Assembly: GCA_964016885.1 (NCBI GenBank)
Contig: OZ024749.1
Span: 5,704,001 to 5,768,000, forward strand
Reading direction: 5' to 3'
DNA length: 64,000 nucleotides
From: Eledone cirrhosa
Lineage: Eukaryota
A model generated the notes under the pieces. That model did not search any database, was not told the origin of the DNA, and saw only the letters and a program-made list of their open reading frames with translations. This document shows, piece after piece, positions 53,680-64,000 of this stretch. The position numbers and the translations under genes were made by a program. Each line of letters begins with the position of its first letter. Within the stretch, counting starts at the first letter, position 1.

Positions 53680-53938
53680 CATATATATATATAATATATA
53701 TATATATATTATATATATATACATATATTATATATATATATAAATATATATATATATAGAGAGAGAGATTATATATATATATATGTATATATATAACCAA
53801 CGATTAGTATGGTTCATTGATTACTCAACAGATACAATATTACAATAGATTAGAAGCACTCAACAGTGGTTTTTCCTGGAGTTTTTAATATTATTCAAAA
53901 TGTTAACAAATGAAAAATATTCTCATAATCAAAATATA

Positions 53939-54001
53939 TATTTTATTATACATATTTCAAAGGTACACTGGTGTTTAAGTACGTTTTCATCAGACAAAAT
54001 A
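53939..54001 (-). ncRNA. Type I hammerhead ribozyme (family H, distant copy)
   Basis: Minus strand reads tattttgt CTGATGA aaacgtac ttaaacaccagt gtaccttt GAAA tatgta TA ataaaata. Confidence 0.75.
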
Positions 54002-54265
54002 TATGATTTGATATGTGACATACCGCTACTGTTTTGATTATTCAATTCCAGTATATAAATATCATATATATATGTATCTATATATCATATATATATATTA
54101 TACATACGGTATACATTCATGTATACATCGCTATTTCAGAGCACCAATCCTAATACTTCATTTTTGCTGGACCGGCAATCGCTCTGTATAATCAGCTCCT
54201 GATTATTACTGGAATTCTATAAGAATCCAGCTTCTATAATTTTCGGTGGAAGCAGGGTAGTGCGT

Positions 54266-54307
54266 GGCTCTAATGAACGTCATCCAGCATGAAACAGACT
54301 GTCAACC
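54266..54307 (+). ncRNA. Degenerate hammerhead-like motif
   Basis: ggct CTAATGA ... GAAACAGACTGTC aacc; core G>A change and weak stems. Confidence 0.3.
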
Positions 54308-54499
54308 TCTCTCCCTATTTCGCCGAAAATAAGTAAATGACATAGTCTCTACTTTAAAACTGATAGTGTATGGTCTTCTAAATCTTTTTAGTTAAACATA
54401 CGGTATATTACCAAATATACTATACATACATTCATATATATATATATAATTAATAATAAGCATGACCGATATGTCAGAGTATCATCTTTAAGTTTTTCT

Positions 54500-55965
54500 G
54501 GGTGTGACATGCGTTTCATGATTGATCAACTCAAGGTTCACTCTGTATCAATCAGGTCCGACTCGGGAATCAATAGCTCCTCAGACTCTTAGATTTATTA
54601 AAGAGGACATGTGCACATGCGTGTGTATGCATCAGAAAGTGTAGGATTGATGGTTAAGTGTGTGCAGAGGTAGATGTGTGTTGGGTGATATATATGGATG
54701 TTGTAAATTTGGCTGTGTATTGTGTGGTTGTTGGAGTTGTGTGTGTGTATATATGTGTGTGTTTGTGTGTGAAGGATAAAGGGAGATTATAGGAAGTGTT
54801 GTGGGGGGAGGGAATTGAGTCCAATCAGAAAAGTGGTTCCAATGTGAACAATTATGTTCTGCTCGGGACTGGTGTGAGTGGCTGTGGATCCAGAGTGTAA
54901 AAGGTGACCTGAGACAGAGAGGTGTTGAATACAGTGTTGGGGAAATGAAACTGATGAGTGATAAGAGTGTATTTATCTAGTCGTATGGTCCTAAAGTGTT
55001 TGGTGAATCAGTCTGCTAGACAGAGTCCTATCTGTCTGATGTAAAGGGATATACAAAGGGAACAACATAGGACATAGACAATGTTGGTGGAGATGCAAGT
55101 GAATGAGTGTTGAATGTGAAAAGAATGGTTCATGCCTGTGAGATTGGTGAGGTTAGTTATATAGGGACAGGTGTTACATGGGGGGCGAGAACAAGGAAGA
55201 GAGCCAGGAGGGGTCCTATTAGAGGGAAAGGGTGAACTGTGCACAAGAAGTTCACGGAGATTACAGGTTCACTTAAAGGTAGTGATGGGTGGATTGGGTG
55301 AGAAGTGAGGGGGGTCAGATACGAGGGTTCAAAAGCAAGAAGGATGCAGCGATGTAGTGGTAAGGTTGACAGGTGGTAGATGAGGGGGAAAGGAAGGCAG
55401 GTGTTTAGGGGATGTGAGGGCTGTGGTGCAGTTAATATCACAAGTGCTGGTAAGGGCAGCTTGAATCATGGTGGGAGGATATCCATATTGGATGAAGCGA
55501 GAAGGCATGTGTTGAGACTGGGTCTTGAAATCATGGTCCTGGCTGTAAAGCCATCGAAGACGGAGGAATTGGAAGTAGGGTATAGAGAGATTAATGTGGA
55601 TGAAGTGGGAGGATGGGAAGGCGAGTTAGGAATGAGAGTCAGTGGGTTTGTAGAAGATGAAAGTAGAGTGTAGGGGGGGGGGGGTGATCAATAGAGAGAT
55701 GTTGAGAAACTGGACAGCAGAATCAGGGACAGAGATGGTGAAGGTGAGAGCAGTATGAAGAGACTGGACGAAGCAGTGGTGCCAATACAGTTATTAATAT
55801 GATGACTGTATAGCTCAAGGGCCTTTATCTTCTCCCAGTGTACTGGGAGAAGATATAGGCCTCAACATAGCCAATGAACACATTCCCATGGCTACCCCAG
55901 AGACATGCTGGTAAAACCCTCCAGAAAAGGAAACCCACTGAGGGTGAGAACGAGCACAGCAAGAC
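54500..55965 (-). mobile_element. Degraded Penelope-like element (Neptune-type GIY-YIG) with a downstream hammerhead-like pLTR
   Basis: PCSRPPCNTCPYI..FTCISTNIVYVLCCSLCISLYIRQIG is a Cys linker plus GIY-YIG. An upstream RT remnant reads YQHVSGVAMG. A CTGAGGA...GAAACGCATGTC motif lies at 54500-54592 on the same strand. Confidence 0.75.
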
Positions 55966-56122
55966 ATGATAGTCAAATATAGGTATTTATGCTGAGGTCA
56001 ATTTGAGATGCACGTGGCATTTATGGGATCCTATTTTGTTCATTTATGAATTAAATCAGATATATGTTATTTCCCCAACTGACTGATATCTTTTTCTGGA
56101 TATTGTATTATTTATATATATA

Positions 56123-56895
56123 TGAGGGGGCTTCAAAAAGATTGTGGAAAAAGTACATAACTAAAAATCATATGCAGGGACTTTGATCTCAATGCACCTG
56201 TACGTTCTTGTACTAACATATCATAACATGCTCTAACATGAACCCTTAAATACATGTTGCAATGTGGCACTGCCAGTCGGAAGTCAGCACATGCTCATAC
56301 AACATGGTCTCCATCAAAACATCAAATTCATGGTGAAGCTAGGGTAGAAAAGCAGCCAAATCCTTGACACTCTGGAGCAAGTTTATGGGGACAATGCCCC
56401 AAAGAAATCAACAACCTACATTTTGATAAGTTGTTTTAGAAGTGGAAGAGATGGGGTTGAAGATGATCTCCAGTTGAAGATGTAAAGAAAGCTGCTTTGA
56501 CATGCTTTAACCCTTTAGCAATCACATTACTTTATATATACTATTATATTTTCATGGTAAATGCTTTATCTCACATAAGTATCTCATATAATATCGAATC
56601 TATGAGATTTTGAAAGTATTTATTTTGAGAACAATACCTTAACATCAGTTTGAGTGACCAGTTACAGCCAGTTTCAACAGAAAAAGGTAGAGAATTCTGG
56701 CCGGTTTTGGCTAGTTTGAACACTAAAGGGTTAAATTGCATGGATCTCAGTTTTACACAGACGGATTTAAAGGCTTTTATCAATGCTTGCAGAAATGTAT
56801 TGACCTAGATGGAGCATATGTTGAAAATTACACAACATAACTTAAACAGTTTTTTCCTACTGTGCTTTTTCCACAAACGTTTTGAAGTCCCCTCG
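56123..56895 (+). mobile_element. Internally deleted mariner (irritans/Hsmar2-like) transposon
   Basis: TIRs (T/C)GAGGGG(G/A)CTTCAAAA with TA flanks. Peptides NIKFMVKLG*K..LEQVYGDNAPKKST..FRSGRDGVEDD and LQKCIDLDGAYVE. Confidence 0.85.
56511..56730. mobile_element. piggyBac-type MITE nested in the mariner
   Basis: TTAA|CCCTTTAG...CTAAAGGG|TTAA. Confidence 0.85.
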
Positions 56896-57117
56896 TATAT
56901 ATACATATAAATAAATAAATAAATATATAAATAAATAAATATATATAAATATATATATATATATCCAGGGAATGTAACTTGGAGTTACTGTAGGTTCACC
57001 CGGGTGAGCACTCGATGTTTAGGTTGACTTCAGTGTCGAGGTTAGAGCTAGACAGAGTGTATTATAGTGAAATAAGATAACAGGGACGATTGGTTACTCC
57101 TTCATTACATTTATTGG

Positions 57118-57206
57118 TTGGTGATGCTGGTTTTACCACTGCCCAGCTCAGGGTTCGATCTGTATCGATCTGACCTGACTCTGTAATCCGCGGCTCGTCA
57201 GACCCC
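57118..57206 (-). ncRNA. Degenerate long-stem-II hammerhead (family L)
   Basis: Minus strand reads ggggt CTGACGA gcc...ggt AAAA ccagcatc; interior homologous to 15862-15950. Confidence 0.35.
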
Positions 57207-57460
57207 TTGTAATGTTAATGGAAGAATGAATACATGCTGTATGATAAAGTCAGAAGTTCCACTTTTTTTTAATTAACTGCTCCTTTTCTATACTGTTTCT
57301 AAATTACCTGCCCCTGCGTGAACTCTCTTGTTATATCCCCAAAGGCAAAACACAATCAACCATAGGCGGCCATCTTTGTTTTCCATTCTTTTCTTGACAG
57401 GCTGAAGAAATTATGGCCCAGAGTGCAACAAAACTTCAGTACCTGTTTATGTCACTGTTG

Positions 57461-57508
<48 letters not shown>

Positions 57509-58274
57509 CCCACACACATTGTATTGTTTCTTTGCTATTGCAGAATCTAAAACATAACTAATGTAGAGTAGAATATCAACTAATTAGAGAGAGAGGGAGG
57601 AATAGATAGATAGAGATGGGGAGAAAGAGAGAGAGGCATATATATATATATATATAGAGAGAGAGACATATATATATAGAGAGAGACAGACAGAGGAACA
57701 TAGACAGATAGATAGAGTCATGGAGAGAGAGACATATAAAATATAAATAAATATATATATACACATAGAGAGAGAGGAACATATACAGTTAGATAGAGAC
57801 ATAGAGAGAGAGGAATATATACAGTTAGATAGAGACATAAAGAGAGAGAGACATACATATATATATATATATACAGAGAGAGAGGGGGTGAGAGAGAGAA
57901 GGTGAGAAATAGAAGGTGAGAGAGAGAGAGAGAGCGAGAGAAAGCCATCAAACATTCCGTGCAAAAGTTAAAAATATAACAGTGAGAATTAAATTGTGCC
58001 ATTTTAGTAGGGGATTTGACCTGAGGCGGTAAAACTTTAAAAATATCTCTAAAGAGAAGGAAACCTTTGAGATTTCTATTTGAACACAATCTACAGAAGA
58101 ATCTTTAAATATTCTACTGACGTAACTTGTAGCACAATTTTTGGTACAACTTTTATTTAACCTTTTCATTACTGTATGTCTAATAAAAGAAACTGCCTGT
58201 TATTTTCAAATCATTTTAACTATAATCAAAAATTAGGTGTAAATAAATAATATAACTAACTTTCCTATCATTAA

Positions 58275-58696
58275 CCCTTTAGCATTTACATTATTCTATA
58301 TTTACTATGTTATTTTCACAGTAAACAGATTATCTCACATAATATTGAATTTATGAGATATTGGTATCATTTTATTTTGAGAACAATACCTTAACATAAG
58401 AATGAACAGCTGGTTATGGCCCGTTTGAACAGGAAGAGGTGAAAGAATTCTGGCCAGATACAGATGCTTTAAATGCTAGAGGGTTAACCCTTTAGTATTT
58501 AAGTTACTCTATATTTACTATTGTATTTTCACAGGGAAGACTTTATCTCACATAATATTGAATCTATGAGATTTTGGTGTTTTTTTATTTTGAAAACAGT
58601 ACCTTAACATAAGTATGAGCAGCTGGTTACGGCTGGTTTGAACAGACAGAGGTGAGAAAATTCTGGCCGGATATGGCTAGTTGAAATGCTAAAGGG
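58275..58696. mobile_element. Two tandem piggyBac-type MITEs sharing one TTAA
   Basis: TTAA|CCC..GGG|TTAA|CCC..GGG|TTAA at 58271, 58484 and 58697. Confidence 0.85.
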
Positions 58697-59097
58697 TTAA
58701 GCTAGAGTCTGGAGTATAATTTAACAAATGTTTTTAAATAAAATTAGGATAAATCTCCCTAAAGTTGTTAATCAACATGATAAAAGTACCCGGTACACAT
58801 TGTAAAGTTTGTTAGTGATAGGAAGACCATTCAGTCAGAGAAATCTTACTAAACAAGGGGTCAGGAGGAACCTTGAGTTGTTGGAAAGGCATGGCAACCT
58901 CTATAGTGATGATGTTATGAGACAATACACTCAGTAGAGTATCTAAGTAAATGAGATATGGGTCCTCAGCCCATCTGAATCCCATCAGTAGCGTCTACTT
59001 GAGTACTGACTTGGTCCGTGAAGGCCAGCCCAACCGTTGCATGGTGGGAAAATTAATGTTAGATTATGATGATTGTGATGATGATAAAAATAATAAT

Positions 59098-60942
59098 GAT
59101 TTCTACTATAGTCACAAGGCCAGCAATTTTCAGGGAGGGGAAAGTCGATTAATTTGACCCCAGTGCATTACTGGTACTTTATTTTATCAACCCCGTAAGG
59201 GTGAAAAGCAAAGCTAACCTCAGCGGGATTTGAACTCAGAACGTAAACGGCCATAACTCTATGCCGCTAAGCATGTTGTCTGATGCTCTACTGATACTGC
59301 CAATCCACCATGATGATAAATACTTTCAAACAAATACTTTTTTATTTATTGCACAATTAATGGAAGTTTAGTATTACAGTTTAGTATCAATGGTTTCATT
59401 ACCATATTTCATGTTTAATTAAAATATTTCTCAAATTTTACTTCCCCAACATTCCATCTTAATCTCTTCTATTTTCTCTAAATATACGAATCACCAAGAA
59501 ATATTTCAAAAACATTAGCTTCAGTAATATTGTTTCTATTTTAGGCACAAGGCCAGCAATTACTCAGTACATTACTGGTACTTTATTTTATCGACCCCGT
59601 AAGGATGAAAGGCAAAGTTAACCTCGGCAGAATTTGAACTCAGACTGCCAATAACAATATAATGTTCAAATAATTGGGAAAATAATCGAGAATTTGTAGT
59701 GATTTAGTAATATAATTAACCTTCTCATTATTATTGGTGGATTGGCAGTATTGGTAGAGGGTCAGACGCCATGCTTTTCAAGCAAAGAGTTAAGCCCATT
59801 TATGATCTGAGTTCAAATCCTGCCAAGGTTAACTTGGCGGGGTCGATAAAATAAAGTACCAGTAATACACTGGGATAATTGCTGGCCTTGTGCCAAAAGT
59901 AGAAACAATTATTACGGGGTTGATAAAATAAAGTACCAGTAATACACTGGGATAATTGCTGGCCTTAAGGCCAAAAGTAGAAACAATTATTACGGGGTTG
60001 ATAAAATAAAGTACCAGTAATACACTGGGATAATTGCTGGCCTTAAGGCCAAAAGTAGAAACAATTATTACGGGGTTGATAAAATAAAGTACCAGTAATA
60101 CACTGGGGTAATTGCTGGCCTTGTGCCAAAAGTAGAAACAATTATTTAGCTGGTGAAGGGCAGAGGCATGGCAGAATCGGTAGAGCGTCGGACACAATGC
60201 TTTACGACATACAGTTACATACCTTTACATTTAAATTTCAAATCCTGCTGAGTTTAGCTTTGGCTCTCATTCTTATGGGGTCAATAAAATATAGTACCAT
60301 TTAAGTACAGGGGCCAATGTAATTGACTTTCCTCTCCCCCAAAATTGCTGGCCTTGTGCCTATGTAAGAAAATCGGTAGAGGGTCGGACGCCATGCTTTG
60401 ATGCATAGAGTTACGGCCCTTGCCATTCTGAGTTGAAATCCCGCCGAGGTTTACTTTGCCTTTCATCCTTACGGTGTCGATAAAATAAAGTACCAGTAAT
60501 ACACTGGGCAATTGCTGGCCTTGTGCCTAAAGTAGAAACAATTATTATGGCAGTATCAATAGAACATCGGACAACAAGCTTCACAGCATAGAGTTATGGC
60601 TCTTTAAGTTCTGGGTTCAAATCCCACCGAAGTTAACTTTACCTTTTATCCATATGAGGTTGATAAAATAAAGTACCAGTAACACACTGGGGTTGATTTA
60701 ATCGACTTTCCCCTCCCCTTCAAATTGTTGGCCTTGTGTCTAAAATCAGTAATAAATCAGTAGAGCACCAGACAACATGTCATGTGATATTTAGTGACAT
60801 ATTTCTACATTTTGAATTCAAATCCTGCCAAGGTCAACTTTGCCATTTCTCTTTCCTTCAAAGGTCAATAAAATATTGATGTAATCAGCTTTCCCCTTCC
60901 CAGGAAATGGCTGGCCTTCTGCCAATGTTAGAATAAATTATT
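59098..60942. mobile_element. Cluster of ~7 SINE family A copies (2 minus, then a plus-strand chain; one with a tandemly repeated 3' end)
   Basis: Copies at ~59100-59310(-), 59530-59650(-), 59735-60145, 60165-60370, 60372-60545, 60548-60745 and 60755-60940. Confidence 0.8.
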
Positions 60943-61159
60943 AAACTAGTGTTTGGAGAATAACTTAACAAAGGTTATTACCAACCCATCCTCCCCTATG
61001 CTCAAACTGAGGAATATATTTAATAGGCGACCCTTTCCTCTACCATCTCCCCCGCCCCCACCATACACCTCCCTTACTGTAACCACCCCTCCCCTATTAC
61101 CTCTGTCCTCAATTTCCCCAAGCTTCTTCCCCCTCCCACCCAAGTTTCCATCTCACACC

Positions 61160-61498
61160 ATGAAGTGGTCCCTCTGGAGCCATGACAAAAGGTGCCCAGT
61201 CCACCCTCTATATTGGTCATGTAGGTGTCAAGACAAAACCACTTTCCAGTTGACACTGGAAAGTGGTTGTGTCGGCGACATGACAAAAGGTGCACAGTCC
61301 ACGCTCTAAAGTGGTCATGTAGGTGTCGCAACAAAAAGCACCCAGCACACACTGTAAATGTGGTTGACGTTAGGAAGGGCATCCAGCTGTAGAAACCAAG
61401 CCAAAATCAGGCCAGTGTGAGCGAAATATGGTCCTCTGACCTGATCTCCCCTAAAGGGACAATGGATGTTAAACGACGATGATGATGATGATGATGAT
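61160..61498 (+). mobile_element. SINE family B 3' part with internal tandem units
   Basis: Same architecture as 38580-39146. Confidence 0.7.
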
Positions 61499-62519
61499 AA
61501 ACATTTAAAAATAAGCATCTTTGTACCATCATAGAAGGGGAAGTGGTTTTAGGCAGACCATCGGTAAAGGGGTTAAAACATAGGCCTATACAGATAGGAG
61601 TGTCTGTACCTTGTTTGTGAGTGTCTTTCGAATTTATCTAATTTACAACTCGGAGAGGAAAAAATAAGAATAAAAAAGTAAGAATATATATAAAAAAAAA
61701 GATTAAAAAAGGAAGAACAAATATAGGAAGAAGTGTGTTATTATTATGGTGAATATATAAAATTTGTCTTAAGGCAAGTAAACTATAATTTTCATGAAAA
61801 CTAAATTGACCTGTGCTGTACCTCAGCACCAGCATCACTTCAACTTTCAACCAGTCATCTATTTAATCTCTGGGAAATAATGTATTATGGTATTAATAAA
61901 TAACATAGAAATGACATAAAATATAGTCTCTCAGCCTCCTGCTGTTTAGGAGAGGGAAATGTAATGAAAAATGTATGAGGAGAACAACAAATAATAATAA
62001 TAATAATAATTTCAATTATAAAAATTCAGTGGAAATGTACAAGCTTTGTTGCAATGTACAGTGTTTTGTATGTTATTACTCAGTAGGTCTGGAGAAAGGG
62101 GCAGTGTCCATGGCCTTCACAAGCCCTTTGAGGCCATCACCACTTCCTACAATGCTGGAACAGGAAAGCAGGGAGATTAAACTAGATATTTGAATATTTT
62201 AGTCTTTCTTTGCTTTGTGAAATGAAATTTAACCTAGCTAGGGATTTGTTTTGTAGCTATGGAGAGGAAAACTAATGACGTAAATAACTTCAAGTTGTTT
62301 CTCAAAAATACAAAACAAAACATTTAATTAGGATTTAACATTTTTCATACCAAACTGCCTCAAACATTCACATCTTTTATAATGCAAAGATGCTTCAATT
62401 TAGATGTTTATATTAATCTAAAAAAGCATTTTAACAATTTTACATTAAAAAAATTAAATTGTTAATTTGAGTTCCAAACACCAGCTTGATAATGAGAAAG
62501 TGATATTATATTACTAAAT

Positions 62520-62678
62520 CCGGACGCCATGCTTTCCAGCATAGTTACGTCCCTTTACGGTCTTAGTTCAAATCCCACCGAGGTTTACTTTGCCTTTCAT
62601 CCCTACGGGGTCGATAAAATAAAGTACCAGTAATGCACTGGGTAATTGCTGGCCTTGTGCCTAAAATTAGAAAATATT
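62520..62678 (+). mobile_element. SINE family A (5'-truncated)
   Basis: Consensus match. Confidence 0.8.
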
Positions 62679-63044
62679 ATATTATTAAATCCCTAAAATT
62701 CCTTTACTGTTTTCAAATTTATTTTAAAATCATAGGCAGTGTTTTTCATTAGAAATTTAATAATGAATAGGTTAATTATAGTAAATTGTTGAAACAAAAA
62801 TTAAATATATCCACTTGAACAAAGAAACTACAATGTGATTATTTGGATTGCTAGACATAGTAGCCAAATCTTTCTTAATTCACACCCTACTTTTAAAAAA
62901 GGGTACATTTGATTTTACAACAAACTCCTAGATCAACAAAACTGTAAGAGATGGCTTTATTTGCAGCTAGAAAACTTTTGATCATATGTCAAATGATGGA
63001 CTGGCCATTTCTTGGGGTAATGCCTTTATTTTGTCTGTGGGGAG

Positions 63045-64000
63045 CAGCTGAGGCACTACTCAGACTGGAGTAGAGTGTTTGTCTAGGGAGGTGTAGCTGA
63101 GGCACCACTCAGACTGGAGTAGAGTGTTTGTCTAGGGAGGTGTAGCTGAGGCACCGCTCAGACTGGGGAAGAGTGTTTGTCTAGGGAGGTGTGGTTGAGG
63201 CACTGCCCAGACTGGAGCACCACTCAGACTGGGGAAGAGTGTTTGTCTAGGGAGGTGTGGTTGAGGCACTGCCCAGACTGGAGCACCACTCAGACTGGGG
63301 AAGAGTGTTTGTCTAGGGAGGTGTAGCTGAGGCACTACTCAGACTGGGGAAGAGTGCTTGTCTAGGGAGGTGTAGCTGAGGCACCACTCAGACTGGGGTA
63401 GAGTGTTTGTCTAGGGAGGTGTGGTTGAGGCACTGCCCAGACTGGGGCACCACTCAGACTGGGGTAGAGTGTTTGTCTAGGGAAGTGTAGCTGAGGCACC
63501 GCTCAGACTGGAGTAGAGTGTTTGTCTAGGGAGGTGTAGCTGAGGCACCGCTCAGACTGGAGTAGAGTGTTTGTCTAGGGAGGTGCAGATGAGGCACCGC
63601 TCAGACTGGAGTAGAGTGTTTGTCTAGGGAGGTGTAGCTGAGGCACCGCTCAGACTGGGGTAGAGTGTTTGTCTAGGGAGGTGTAGCTGAGGCACCGCTC
63701 AGACTGGAGTAGAGTGTTTGTCTAGGGAGGTGTGGTTGAGGCACTGCCCAGACTGGGGCACCACTCAGACTGGGGTAGAGTGTTTGTCTAGGGAGGTGTA
63801 GCTGAGGCACCGCTCAGACTGGAGTAGAGTGTTTGTCTAGGGAGGTGCAGATGAGGCACCGCTCAGACTGGAGTAGAGTGTTTGTCTAGGGAGGTGTGGT
63901 TGAGGCACTGCCCAGACTGGGGCACCACTCAGACTGGGGTAGAGTGTTTGTCTAGGGAGGTGTAGCTGAGGCACCGCTCAGACTGGGGAAGAGTGTTTGT
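63045..64000. repeat. GC-rich 49-bp satellite with ~68-bp variant units; runs off the window end
   Basis: Unit gaggcaccgctcagactggagtagagtgtttgtctagggaggtgtagct; the variant has an internal gcactgcccagactgg duplication. Confidence 0.95.

Noticed and set aside
57360-57445. Possible small exon or YY1-like motif (similar motif at ~20993)
   Set aside because: The splice context is ambiguous and there is no supporting ORF; short motifs like this are expected by chance.

Overview
This is AT-rich, repeat-saturated eukaryotic DNA. It is most likely from an octopus or other cephalopod, inferred from the SINE types and extreme microsatellite density. I found no convincing host protein-coding gene; almost all long ORFs in the track are microsatellite read-throughs. 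The real coding signal is transposon-derived: a near-full-length degraded R4/Dong-type RLE non-LTR retrotransposon (~22.8-26.35 kb), fragments of Penelope-like elements (PLE), RTE, Tx1/L1 and CRE-type elements, and an Hsmar2-like mariner. Non-coding mobile DNA includes about 20 tRNA-derived SINEs, bipartite non-autonomous RTE derivatives, nested Helitrons, piggyBac- and hAT-type MITEs, and several minisatellites. The most notable signal is about 12 type I hammerhead ribozyme motifs, some intact and some degenerate, from at least 4 sequence families. They lie in or beside (TA)n tracts and are often inside copy-specific fold-back palindromes. This looks like a PLE/retrozyme-like non-coding retroelement system, with a dense cluster at 35.8-38.3 kb. 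All family assignments come from motif recognition by eye, not database searches.
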